Assembly: GCA_041395145.1 (NCBI GenBank)
Contig: JAWLBD010000002.1
Coordinates: 39,890 to 103,889 of the forward strand
From: Verrucomicrobiales bacterium
GTDB lineage: Bacteria > Verrucomicrobiota > Verrucomicrobiia > Verrucomicrobiales > DEV007
DNA: 64,000 bases
Reading direction: 5' to 3'
Made by a program: the position numbers and the translations under genes. Below, one piece after another: positions 29,722 through 40,961 of this stretch (position 1 is its first letter; each line of letters opens with the position of its first letter). The notes under the pieces are model-generated. The model did no database searches. It saw only the letters and a list, made by a program, of their open reading frames with translations, and was not told the DNA's origin.

Positions 29722-31170
29722 TTAGGCAAAGCGCATCGGCTGGCCGTAGTAGATCCGGTGCGGCCGGCCGGTGGTGTCTTCCCACATGATGTCGCGGGGC
29801 AAGCCGAGCGCCTCGTAGATGGTGGCGGCGAGGTCCTCGGGCGTCTGGGCGTCGCTCGCCGGGTGCCCGCCGATCTTGTCGGAGCTGCCGAGCACCGCGC
29901 CGCCGGGGATGCCGCCCCCGGCGAGGAGCACGCTTTGCACCGCGCCCCAGTGGTCGCGGCCGGGCAGCTTCGCGCCGTCCAGGGTGAAGATCTTCGGCGT
30001 GCGCCCGAATTCGCTCGCCATGACGACGAGCGTTTCGCCGAGCATCCCGCGGTCGCCCAAATCGTCGAGCAAGGCGGACACCGCGCGATCCATCGGCGGG
30101 AAGAGAAAGTCGCGGAGGTTCGGGAAGATCGCCTCGTGGTTGTCCCACGTTTCGTTGTTGCCGAGGTTCACTTGGACGAGCCGGACGCCGGTCTCGACGA
30201 GCTGCCGCGCCATGAGCAGCGACCAGCCGAACGCATTGCGCCCGTAGCGGTCGAGCACTTTCGGGTCGGCGCCGTGCACGTCGAACGCCCGCTTCGTCTT
30301 GTCGTCCGACAGCAGGGAAAGCGCCATCCGGCTGTAGCGGTCGAGGCTTTGGGTCTCGGCGGCGGATTCGAGGAACTGCTGCTGGGCGTTGAGGTGGTCG
30401 GCCAGCGCCACGCGGTCCCGCAGCCGCTGCATCCCGACCCCCTGCGGCAGCGTGAAGTCCGGCTCGCGAAACGTCCAGCCCGCGCCGCTTTGGGGGCCCT
30501 GGCGATGATGGAAGCGAAACGCCGGATACGCGCCGTAGGCATTCGGGTCGTATTTCGAGGTCTCGATAAAAAACGGATCGTTCCGCGGTCCCATCGCGCC
30601 GCCGAATTGACCGGGGATGACGCGCCCGGTGCGGTGGACCAGTTTTTCGGGCAGGACGACGGCGGGCGGCAGGTTCCCGCGCTGCGGCAGAAGGCGCGCG
30701 GCAATCGACGCAAGCGACGGGTAGTCCGACGGCTTCGGGCCGCGCGGGTCAAAGCCCGGCGGGATGTCGCTGCGCCCGGTCAGCATGATGTGGTGCCCCT
30801 GCGAATGCTCGTTCCACGGATGGGTCAGCGAACGGCAGACCGACCACCGGTGGCTGCGCTGGGCGAGCATCGGCAGGTGCCCGCAGATGTGCAGCCCCGG
30901 CGTCCGCGTTTTGATCGGGGAAAATTCGCCGCGGAATTCCTCCGGCGCATCCGGCTTCGGGTCGAAGCTATCGATCTGGGAAAGCCCGCCCGAGAGGAAA
31001 ATGTAGATCACCGATTTGGCGCGCGCCTTGGGCGGACCGCCGGACGCCGGAGCGGCACGCAGCCGCGAGAGGTCGCCCATCCCAAGCCCCAGCAATCCGA
31101 TCGCGCCCGCCTGCAAGGCGGCGCGGCGCGAGATCGCTGGGTGCGCGAGGGTCGGGGTCGGGCGCTCCAT
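29722..31170 (-). CDS. DUF1501 domain protein (sulfatase-like fold, Tat signal)
   Basis: 482 aa. Twin-arginine leader ISRRAALQAGAIGLLGLGMG, then SVIYIFLSGGLSQIDSFDPKPDAPEEFRGEFSPIKT and DHWGAVQSVLLAGGGI, the hallmark DUF1501 blocks. Confidence 0.9.
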   Translation of the reverse strand: MERPTPTLAHPAISRRAALQAGAIGLLGLGMGDLSRLRAAPASGGPPKARAKSVIYIFLSGGLSQIDSFDPKPDAPEEFRGEFSPIKTRTPGLHICGHLPMLAQRSHRWSVCRSLTHPWNEHSQGHHIMLTGRSDIPPGFDPRGPKPSDYPSLASIAARLLPQRGNLPPAVVLPEKLVHRTGRVIPGQFGGAMGPRNDPFFIETSKYDPNAYGAYPAFRFHHRQGPQSGAGWTFREPDFTLPQGVGMQRLRDRVALADHLNAQQQFLESAAETQSLDRYSRMALSLLSDDKTKRAFDVHGADPKVLDRYGRNAFGWSLLMARQLVETGVRLVQVNLGNNETWDNHEAIFPNLRDFLFPPMDRAVSALLDDLGDRGMLGETLVVMASEFGRTPKIFTLDGAKLPGRDHWGAVQSVLLAGGGIPGGAVLGSSDKIGGHPASDAQTPEDLAATIYEALGLPRDIMWEDTTGRPHRIYYGQPMRFA

Positions 31171-31254
31171 GCCGCCAGCTTAGCGCCCCGCCTTCGGCAA
31201 TGTCGATCAAAATCCCGGCGGCGGCGCGGGCGCCTGACGGAGAGAAATCCCCCG

Positions 31255-31887
31255 CTACTCGGCTTTGATCCGCACGCTGCGGTAGCAGACGTTGTGGCCG
31301 TGGTCCTGGAACCCGATGTGCCCATCGCGCTTGAAGTCTTTGAGCGCCGTCTTGAACTTATTCTTGCTGCCGTCGGGGTTTTTCTGCGCCTCGGTCCACT
31401 CGTCGAGGTTCATCGCATTGATCTTCTCGCCGTTGAGTTCGACGGTGAGCAGACCGCCCTTGGCGGTGACGCGCAGCTTGTTCCAGCCGTCCTTCGCGGC
31501 GTTTTTATCCGGCGCGCGCAGGTCGTAGAGCGCGCCCACGCTGTGCTTGTCCGGACCGCCCGGTTTCTCGACCTGGATCTCGATGCCGGTCTGCACATTA
31601 TTCTTCGGGTTGTCGGTGCGGATGAAGACGCCGCTGTTGCCCTCGGTCTTGAATTCCAGCTCGAGCGTGAAGTCGCCGAAGCGCTCCTTCGACCAGATGT
31701 CGCCCGCCTTTCCCGTCCGGCAAAGCGCGCCGTCCTTCACCTCCCAGCCTTTCCCAGGATCGCCGCCGCCCGCATTCGTCCAGCCGGACAAATCTTTGCC
31801 GTTAAACAGATCTTTCCAGCCATCTTCCGCCGAGGCGGAGGTGGCGGAGAGGGCGCAGGCGGCAAGGGCGGAGAGAAATCGGATCAT
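31255..31887 (-). CDS. DUF1080 (3-keto-disaccharide hydrolase-like, concanavalin-fold) secreted protein
   Basis: 210 aa with a signal peptide. GWKDLFNGKDLSGWTNAGG...WEVKDGAL...GDFTLELEFKTEGNSGVFIRT...GHIGFQDHGHNVCYRSVRIK. Confidence 0.85.
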   Translation of the reverse strand: MIRFLSALAACALSATSASAEDGWKDLFNGKDLSGWTNAGGGDPGKGWEVKDGALCRTGKAGDIWSKERFGDFTLELEFKTEGNSGVFIRTDNPKNNVQTGIEIQVEKPGGPDKHSVGALYDLRAPDKNAAKDGWNKLRVTAKGGLLTVELNGEKINAMNLDEWTEAQKNPDGSKNKFKTALKDFKRDGHIGFQDHGHNVCYRSVRIKAE

Positions 31888-31962
31888 GGTAGCGTGGGAT
31901 TTTGGTGGTCAAAACGATAGCGCATGGCTCCGGCGGCATTCAAAGGCAAAATTCGCCCCCTG

Positions 31963-32316
31963 ATGGCGCAGATTTCCCATTTTGACGATGCCGGATCTGT
32001 GGGCGAATTTCGATCCATGGTCGATTTCGCCGACATCGTTGGCCCGAATGGCTCCACTGGTACCAACTGACGCCCGCCGAGCGGCTGCGCGCCTCCGATG
32101 AGGCGTGGGCCAACTACCTCGAACTCGGGGGATCGCTCGATCCCGACATCGATTCCCAGTCCCCGTTTTGGAGCCGCGAAGAACTCGCCGAATTCGCCAA
32201 GAACGCCGCCGAGGCAAGGGCGCGCGCCTTCCGCCAAAGCGCTGCAACTCCCGACGAAGATGATTGAGGGCCGCCTGCGCTTTGCTTTCGAGCCGGCCGC
32301 TTTCGTGACGTTTTAG
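31963..32316 (+). CDS. Small hypothetical protein, frame apparently broken twice (about 32045 and 32225); the coding strand is not certain
   Basis: MAQISHFDDAGSVGEFRSMVDFADIVGP (ATG 31963) continues in another frame as EWLHWYQLTPAERLRASDEAWANYLELGGSLDPDIDSQSPFWSREELAEFAKNAAEARARA, and possibly into the tail ...AKALQLPTKMIEGRLRFAFEPAAFVTF. The opposite strand also gives a protein-like peptide (MGKSKIYDISSRIGFPLAIRGGAADALLKRHESGRLESKAQAALNHL). Confidence 0.3.
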
Positions 32317-32515
32317 GAGCGCGTCAGCAGCTCCGCCGCGAATCGCAAGCGGAAAACCAATCCTACTAGAAATATCGTAGATTTTCGATTTTCCCATTGA
32401 CGATTCCTTAACAACCCCAAACCTTCTCGCCTCTCCGAAACCTCGCCCCAACGCTACGAATACCCCCGTCCAGCTCGCCGATACTGCTTGGCTGAAAAGC
32501 TTCCCCGACCACTGG

Positions 32516-34702
<2,187 letters not shown>

Positions 34703-34777
34703 CCGGCGGCTTGCCGCGGCTCTGCCGCAGCGCGATTCCCGGCTTGCCGCCTCGCAAGATTCCGCATTCATTCGCGC

Positions 34778-35524
34778 ATGCCATCCCTCGCCCTAGCGTT
34801 TCGCTTTGCCCGCCGCCCCATCCTCGCGGCGGGCCTCTGCGCCGCAATCGGCATCTCGGCCCGCGCCGACGACCGCGCCCAGGAAGCCGGGGGCGAAGGC
34901 GGGAACGCAAAGCCTGCGGCAGCGCGCGAGGACGCGGGCGATCCCAGCGAAAAGGCAGCGGAGCCGGAGAAGAAGGCGGAGCCAGAACGCTTCGCCATCG
35001 CGATCGAGCCAAAGCTGATGGCTGCGCCGGTCGCCGAGGCGATCAGAGGATCGAAGAAATCGGTCGCCGCCGCCGTCCGGGAAAACGCGCCCGATGCCGC
35101 CGAACCGGTGCATTATTATTCGGCGGAGGAGCTGAAGGCGCTCGGCGTCGAGTGGGCGGAGTTTTTGGCGGAGGCGCGGGCGGCGGCAGGGCGGCTGCTC
35201 GCCACGCTAAAGCCGGAGATCGTCCGGGATAAGGACGGCTTAGTCGAATACGCGGTCTTTCGCTCCGGCAGCCACCTGACCTCCAGCATCGTGCTCGCCG
35301 ACGGGTTTCTCGAACCGTTCCGCGACACGCTCGGCCGCCGCGTCATGGTCGCGATCCCCGACCGCTTCACCGTCTTCGTCTTCCCCCGCGTCGATAGCGC
35401 GGTGGCGGACTACGGGCGCACTTTTGCCGAGATCTACGACAACGCGACCTACCCAGGCATCACCGAATTGCTCGAGGTCTCGCCCGACGGCATCCGCGCG
35501 ATCGGCGCGTTCAACGCCGATTGA
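34778..35524 (+). CDS. Secreted hypothetical protein (248 aa)
   Basis: Signal-like MPSLALAFRFARRPILAAGLCAAIGISARA, then an acidic/Lys-rich linker and a globular C-terminal half. No family recognised. Confidence 0.6.
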   Translation: MPSLALAFRFARRPILAAGLCAAIGISARADDRAQEAGGEGGNAKPAAAREDAGDPSEKAAEPEKKAEPERFAIAIEPKLMAAPVAEAIRGSKKSVAAAVRENAPDAAEPVHYYSAEELKALGVEWAEFLAEARAAAGRLLATLKPEIVRDKDGLVEYAVFRSGSHLTSSIVLADGFLEPFRDTLGRRVMVAIPDRFTVFVFPRVDSAVADYGRTFAEIYDNATYPGITELLEVSPDGIRAIGAFNAD

Positions 35525-35536
35525 CCGATCAACCCG

Positions 35537-35899
35537 ATGGCCTACGACGAACAGCTCGCCGCCCGGATCGGCGCTTACTTCGACAGCAAAGGCGTCGCCT
35601 TCGAGGCGAAGGCGATGATGGGCGGCCTCTGCTTCATGGTGGATGACAAGATGTGCGCCGGCGTCGCCCGAGACCTGCTCATGCTCCGGCTCGATCCCGA
35701 TGACTGCGAGGCGGCGATGGAAAAGCCCGGCTGCCGCCCGATGGACTTCACCGGCCGCCCGCTTAAGAGCTTCGTCTTCGTCGAACCAGAAGCCCTCCGC
35801 ACCAACGCCGCGCTCGCCGGGTGGCTCGATCAAGCCCTCGCTTTCAACCCGAAGGCGAAACGGTCAAAGCCAAAGGCGAGGCCAAAGAAACAGAAGTGA
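35537..35899 (+). CDS. TfoX N-terminal domain-containing protein
   Basis: MAYDEQLAARIGAYFDSKGVAFEAKAMMGGLCFMVDDKMCAGVARDLLMLRLDPDD matches the TfoX_N pattern. A basic C-terminal tail follows. Confidence 0.7.
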   Translation: MAYDEQLAARIGAYFDSKGVAFEAKAMMGGLCFMVDDKMCAGVARDLLMLRLDPDDCEAAMEKPGCRPMDFTGRPLKSFVFVEPEALRTNAALAGWLDQALAFNPKAKRSKPKARPKKQK

Positions 35900-35912
35900 A
35901 CCCGCGACGCCG

Positions 35913-36620
35913 TCAACCCGGCTGCCCGTAGTAGGCGTTGGCCCCGTGTTTGCGGAAGTAGTGCTTGTCGAGCAACGCGCGGCCGACCGCCGGGGCGGCG
36001 GGGTTGAGCTGGAGTGCCTTGAGCGCCATCTCGGCGCAGATTTCGAGGGCGAACGCGGTTTCGACCGCCTTTTTCCCGCTCGGTCCCCAGGCGAACGGCC
36101 CGTGGTTGCGGACGAGCGCGGCGGGCACCGCGAGCGGATCGATCCCGCCTTCGGCAAAGCGTTCGGCGATGACCGCGCCGGTCTCCCATTCGTATTCGCC
36201 GCCGATTTCCTCCGGGCACATCGCGCGGGTGACCGGGACCGGACCGTGAAAATAATCCGCGTGCGTGGTGCCGAGCGCCGGCAGGTCGCGCCCGGCTTGG
36301 GCGAAGGCCACCGCATGGCGCGAATGCGTGTGCACGACCGACCGGATGCCGGCGAAGGCGCGATACAGGTAGCGGTGGGTCGGCGTGTCGGAGGACGGGC
36401 GCAGGCCGCCCTCCAGCCGCTGGCCGTCGAAGTCGAGCACGACCATCGCCTCCGGCTCAAGCGCGGAATAATCGACGCCGCTCGGCTTGATCGCGAAGAC
36501 GCGGCGGTCGGGGTCGGCGACGCTGACATTGCCGAAGGTGAGATCGACCAGCCCGGTGCGGGGCAGCTCGATGTTGGCGGCGCAGCATTCTTCCTTGAGG
36601 GCTTGGTAGGGGCTGGACAT
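35913..36620 (-). CDS. araD: L-ribulose-5-phosphate 4-epimerase (class II aldolase fold)
   Basis: The real gene is the last 235 aa of ORF 35913..37778. MSSPYQALKEECCAANIELPRTGLVDLTFGNVSVADPDRRVFAIKPSGVDYSAL...RPSSDTPTHRYLYRAF..IRSVVHTHSRHAVAFAQAGRDLPALGTTHADYFHGPVP is near-canonical AraD. Confidence 0.85.
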   Translation of the reverse strand: MSSPYQALKEECCAANIELPRTGLVDLTFGNVSVADPDRRVFAIKPSGVDYSALEPEAMVVLDFDGQRLEGGLRPSSDTPTHRYLYRAFAGIRSVVHTHSRHAVAFAQAGRDLPALGTTHADYFHGPVPVTRAMCPEEIGGEYEWETGAVIAERFAEGGIDPLAVPAALVRNHGPFAWGPSGKKAVETAFALEICAEMALKALQLNPAAPAVGRALLDKHYFRKHGANAYYGQPG

Positions 36621-36769
36621 CGGCGGAGAAAACGCCAACGCCGGCCAGCGGCCAAGCGATATCCTCTCTACCCGGGGGCGGAAGCGAAAGCAGACGCGCC
36701 CAAGGGCGGACGCCTCGGCAAGGCACCCCCTACCGGCTTTCGATCCGATCCGGTCCGACCCGCTACTCG

Positions 36770-38161
36770 CTACTCGCGGTTGCGCGCTTTGGCGACCTGC
36801 GCCTTCGCCTCGGCGAGCTGGGCGGGCGAAAGCTGGCCGGCCAGCTTGTCGGCGAGTTCTTTGGCGAGCGGCGACGCCTCTTTGGCGTTGAAGCTCATCG
36901 CGTAGGCGCGGACGAGGTCCTTTTCGCAGCCGATGCCCTCGGCGAAGAACCGGGCGAGGCATGCTTGGGCGTCCGGGTGCCCGCGCTGGGCGGCGAACTG
37001 GTATTGCGCGCCGGCTTTCTTCAGGTTCGCCTCGGTGCCCAGCCCGTGTTCGTAGAACCGCCCGAGCTGGTAAAACGCTTCCGGGTGCCCGGCGGCGGCG
37101 GCTTTCAAAAACGGACCCGCCGCCTTGCCATAGTCGGGTTCGCCTTTCCCGATGCCCTCTCGCCCCTCGTCCCCGAGATAGAAGTCGCCGAGCGCGACGA
37201 GGCATTCGGCGCTGCCGCGGGCGGCCCCCTTCCCCAGCCACTCGGCTGCCATTTGGCGGGCAGCGTCGTTGTCGTCCTTGGCGTAGAATTTTGCCAGCGA
37301 GATGTAGGCGGGCGCGTAGCCCATCTTGGCGGCGCTTTCGAGCAGCGCGCCGGCGCGGGCGATGTCCTTCCCGACGCCGCCAGTGCCGGAATAATACATC
37401 GCCGAAAGCTGGACGGCGGCGAGCGGGTGGTTCGCGGCGGCCGCCTTCTCCAGCCAGACCACCGCGTCCGCCTCGGCACCCTCCACCTTCGCGAGCGTCG
37501 CGAGCTTGAGCATCGCCTCGCCCAGCCCTTCGGCGGCCGCCCGGAGATACCACGCCTTGGCCTCCCCGGCGGACTCGGCTTCGCCCTCCGGCACGCGGCC
37601 GCCTTCGATCATCAGCCCGACGTGATAGGCTGCCGCCGCGTCCTCGGCGGCGGCGGCGCGCCGGAACCAGCGCCAGGCTGCGGCGTCGTCCTTCTCCAGG
37701 CCAACGCCGGTGTAGTAGAGTTTTCCAAGCGTGCGCATCGCCCTCGCAGACCCGCCCTCCGCCGCGCGCCCCAGCCACTCGAACCCCTCTTTGCGCTGCG
37801 CATCCTTCTTCGCCTCGCCGCCCAATTCCGGCGATCCCGCCTTGGTCAACAGCAGCATCCCGAGCTTGCTCTGCGCCCGCGCATACCCGGCATTCGCCGC
37901 CGCCCGGTAATAGCGCTCCGCCTCCGCGACCGAAGCCGGCGGCCCCTCCCCGGATTCGTAGAGAACGCCGAGCGCATAGACGGCGGCCACATCGCCCGCC
38001 TGCGCCGCTTTGCTAAAATACTGGAAGGCGGCGTCCGCGCCCTCCGCCCGCCGGATGTCCACGCCCCGCTTGAGCGTCGGGTCTTCGAGGAAGTCGGGCA
38101 TCTCCTCGGAAAAGATGGTGGCCGCGAGCGCCGCGACCTTCATGAGGGAAAAGAAGTCCAT
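36770..38161 (-). CDS. Sel1-like repeat (SLR/TPR-like) protein
   Basis: Ten or more repeats of the A..G...A...LG.(L/M)Y..G.G type (GDVAAVYALGVLYESGEGPP, GYARAQSKLGMLL, GSARAMRTLGKLYYTGVGLEKD ...). The likely start is MDFFSLMKVAALAATIF at 38161. Confidence 0.85.
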   Translation of the reverse strand: MDFFSLMKVAALAATIFSEEMPDFLEDPTLKRGVDIRRAEGADAAFQYFSKAAQAGDVAAVYALGVLYESGEGPPASVAEAERYYRAAANAGYARAQSKLGMLLLTKAGSPELGGEAKKDAQRKEGFEWLGRAAEGGSARAMRTLGKLYYTGVGLEKDDAAAWRWFRRAAAAEDAAAAYHVGLMIEGGRVPEGEAESAGEAKAWYLRAAAEGLGEAMLKLATLAKVEGAEADAVVWLEKAAAANHPLAAVQLSAMYYSGTGGVGKDIARAGALLESAAKMGYAPAYISLAKFYAKDDNDAARQMAAEWLGKGAARGSAECLVALGDFYLGDEGREGIGKGEPDYGKAAGPFLKAAAAGHPEAFYQLGRFYEHGLGTEANLKKAGAQYQFAAQRGHPDAQACLARFFAEGIGCEKDLVRAYAMSFNAKEASPLAKELADKLAGQLSPAQLAEAKAQVAKARNRE

Positions 38162-38325
38162 GCCCGATTGTAAGGGAAATCGGCGCGCTTGCAGCGCGAA
38201 ATTCTTGGCGGGAAGAATGGCTGCCGGCGGGCTGGCGGCGGCGGTCCGGGCGGCCGGCAAAAGCGCGCCTTGACGCCCCATTGCCCGCCCCTATCCTCAG
38301 AGAAACCAGAATCCACCTATCCGTT

Positions 38326-39285
38326 ATGCGTTTCCGCACCCTCCCCCTGATCGCCGCGCTCGCCGCGGTTTCGTCCCCCGCTTTCGCCCAAGATCCCGCC
38401 AAAGACGGCCCTCCGCCGCCGGCATCGCCCACCGCCCCAGATGCCGCCGAAGCCCCGGCACCGGTCGATCCGAAGAAAGTCAGCTACGCCATCGGCGTCC
38501 AGCTCGGGCGCGGTCTGCGGCGGATGCCCGAATACAATATGGACGACTATCTCCAAGGGATCGCGGATGGCTACGCCGGGACGAAGTCCGCGAGCTACGC
38601 CCAAGGCATGTCGATCGGCAACAACCTGAAGGAGGGGGGCTTTCCCTTCGACATGGAATCGATCAAAGCCGCCGTCTCGGCGTCGGTGAACAATGAGCAG
38701 CTCAGCATGACCGACGAGGAGATCCAGGCGGCAATGCAGGCGTGGCAGCAGGAGATCGCCCGCCAGCGCCAGGAGGAGCGCGCGGCCGCCGGCAAGGAAA
38801 ACGCGGCCAAGGGCAAGGCATTCCTCGAAGAGAACAAGACCAAGGAAGGTGTCAAAGTCACCGAGAGCGGGCTGCAATACAAAGTGGTCGCGCCTCCGGC
38901 GGACAAGGAAGCGCCGAAGCCGAGCCGCTACGACCAAGTCGAAGTCCGCTATCGCGGCACGCTCATCGATGGCACCGAGTTCGACGCCTCCGGCGATTCG
39001 CCGACCCGATTCCGCGTCACGGGCGTGATCCCGGGCTGGACCGAGGCGCTGCTCGACATGCAGAAAGGCGAGAAGCGCCAGCTCTTCATCCCCGCCGAGC
39101 TCGCCTACCAAGAACAATCGCCGAGCCCGAAGATCGGCCCGAATTCGACCCTCATCTTCGACGTCGAACTGGTGAACATCATCTCGCCGCCGACCGCGGT
39201 CACGCCGCCGGTCTCCGTGCCGGTCGTGCCGAGGGACAAGCCGCAATCGCCGCAAACGCCGCCGAAGCCGGAGAAAAAGCCGTAA
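38326..39285 (+). CDS. FKBP-type peptidyl-prolyl cis-trans isomerase (Mip/FkpA-like) with N-terminal dimerisation repeats
   Basis: Signal peptide MRFRTLPLIAALAAVSSPAFA. FKBP core VEVRYRGTLIDGTEFDASGDSPTRFRVTGVIPGWTEALLDMQKGEKRQLFIPAELAYQ...STLIFDVELVNI. Confidence 0.9.
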   Translation: MRFRTLPLIAALAAVSSPAFAQDPAKDGPPPPASPTAPDAAEAPAPVDPKKVSYAIGVQLGRGLRRMPEYNMDDYLQGIADGYAGTKSASYAQGMSIGNNLKEGGFPFDMESIKAAVSASVNNEQLSMTDEEIQAAMQAWQQEIARQRQEERAAAGKENAAKGKAFLEENKTKEGVKVTESGLQYKVVAPPADKEAPKPSRYDQVEVRYRGTLIDGTEFDASGDSPTRFRVTGVIPGWTEALLDMQKGEKRQLFIPAELAYQEQSPSPKIGPNSTLIFDVELVNIISPPTAVTPPVSVPVVPRDKPQSPQTPPKPEKKP

Positions 39286-39554
39286 GGCGTCCGCCATCGG
39301 CGCGACCCTGTAGCGGAGCACGGCACGGTCAAGGTAGGTAGCATCGGCACCCTGCCCTCTCCTGCAAACGGGCGGCGGGTGTGGTCTGCCGCAGACATGG
39401 GTTAGCGCGTGCGCCGATTCCCGGCAACCTCTGGCTAAAAATTCCTCTGCCCCTCCGGCGAAGGTCCACCCGCTCCGGGCTTTGCTGCGGGGATCGGATG
39501 GGCGGAACCAAATTCCTGCGCAGACAGTGCAGTCCATGCTAGGATGGGCTTCCC

Positions 39555-40142
39555 ATGCCAGAATCCCCGCCGATCCAACCTACCCCTCCGGCATCTCCGG
39601 TCGCTGCTACGGCTTCGCGCAAGAAGTCGAAGGCATGGCTTTGGTGGCTGATTGGCGGTGCCGGATTCGTGGCCCTCTTGCCGTGCCTGCTCATGCTCGC
39701 CTATGGCATCGGCATCGAAAAGGGCGTCTTTCCCGATAGCGCCGCGGTGCCGGAGAGCCGGATCAACGCCCGGACGCTGGAACACCTCCGCGATCTAGGC
39801 GTGATCGCCGAGGGCGAGCGCGTCCTTTATTTTTACTCCACCGGATTGATCCACGTCGGGGAAGACGGCAATCTGTTCACCGACCGCCGCGTCGTCTCCT
39901 ATGAAACCGTCGATGGGAAGCTTGAGATCTACCAGGCGAAATACGACCAGATCATCCACCTTGAGCTGGTCGGCTCCGGCGGCTTGCTCGAAGATTCCAC
40001 CATCATCGCCGACGTCCAAGACGGCACCCAGATCTACCTGCTGGTGAGCGCCGAGGGCGGCGGCGACCAAAAATTCTTCGACCGCCTCGACCAGGAGTGG
40101 CGGGCACACCGCCCCGAAAACCCCGCTTCCGCCGAACCCTAA
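39555..40142 (+). CDS. Membrane-anchored hypothetical protein (195 aa)
   Basis: Pro-rich N-terminus, one TM helix (AWLWWLIGGAGFVALLPCLLMLAYGI) and a small globular domain. No family recognised. Confidence 0.6.
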   Translation: MPESPPIQPTPPASPVAATASRKKSKAWLWWLIGGAGFVALLPCLLMLAYGIGIEKGVFPDSAAVPESRINARTLEHLRDLGVIAEGERVLYFYSTGLIHVGEDGNLFTDRRVVSYETVDGKLEIYQAKYDQIIHLELVGSGGLLEDSTIIADVQDGTQIYLLVSAEGGGDQKFFDRLDQEWRAHRPENPASAEP

Positions 40143-40155
40143 TCCCCGTCAAAAA

Positions 40156-40794
40156 ATGATCGCCTTCCTCCGCGGAAAAATTACCGAGAGCCTGCCGAGC
40201 CACGCCGTGGTCGATGTCGGCGGCGTCGGCTACCATGTCTTTATCCCGCTCTCGACCTTCGACCGGCTCGGCGAGGTCGGCGGCGAGGCGACCTTGCTCA
40301 CCCATCTGATCGTGCGGGAGAACGAACATGCGCTCTATGGCTTCGCCACGGAGGCGGAGCGCGACCTGTTCCGGCTGCTCATCGGGCGGGTCTCCGGGGT
40401 CGGCCCAAAGGTCGCCGTCGCGGTCCTCAGCGGCATGAGCGTCGATGCCTTCAAAAGCGCGGTGGTCAACAGCGACGTCGCCTCCCTCGCCCAGATCAAG
40501 GGGCTGGGCAAAAAGACCGCCGAGCGCATCGTCCTCGAACTCAAGGACAAGGTCGGCGTCGTCGAAGCCTGGGAAGCCGCCTCCGCCGCCCGCCATCCGT
40601 CCCCGGAGCAACGCGCCGCCAACGACGTCGTCCTCGCCCTCATCGCCCTCGACTACAAACAGGTCGAAGCGCTCAAAGCCGTCAAAGCCGCCACCGCTGC
40701 GGGCACCCGCCGGACGATTCCCAAGCCCCTGCTGCGCGAGGCGCTCCGCCTGCTAAAAACGCTAGCCAGCCAGCGCCACCGCCAAGCCGCTTGA
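40156..40794 (+). CDS. ruvA: Holliday junction branch migration complex subunit RuvA
   Basis: [35 protein letters not shown]...[43 protein letters not shown]...[19 protein letters not shown]. Confidence 0.9.
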   Translation: [212 protein letters not shown]

Positions 40795-40961
40795 ATCCCA
40801 AAAAGAAGCCTCTGCCCATCAGCACTTGTGGTCCCAGATCCCTCTACCTAAGCCGAAGAAATCTCCCGGGATCAGAAGCGGCCGCTTTGGCGCGCCGACA
40901 AATCCCCCTTGATAGATCGCGCCCGAACCCTGATAATGAGAGCCTTAGAGCCAACGCCGCC

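Noticed and set aside
35537-35899. The TfoX-domain gene as evidence of a competence regulon.
   Set aside because: Only the N-terminal TfoX domain is present, and no com/pil genes are nearby. The domain alone is not diagnostic.
39330-39365. Short motif GGTAGCATCGGCA shared between the 39.3 kb intergenic region and the flank of the 11.5/12.0 kb repeats.
   Set aside because: Only about 13-15 nt match. This may be another fragment of a dispersed repeat, but it is too short to call without a genome-wide count.
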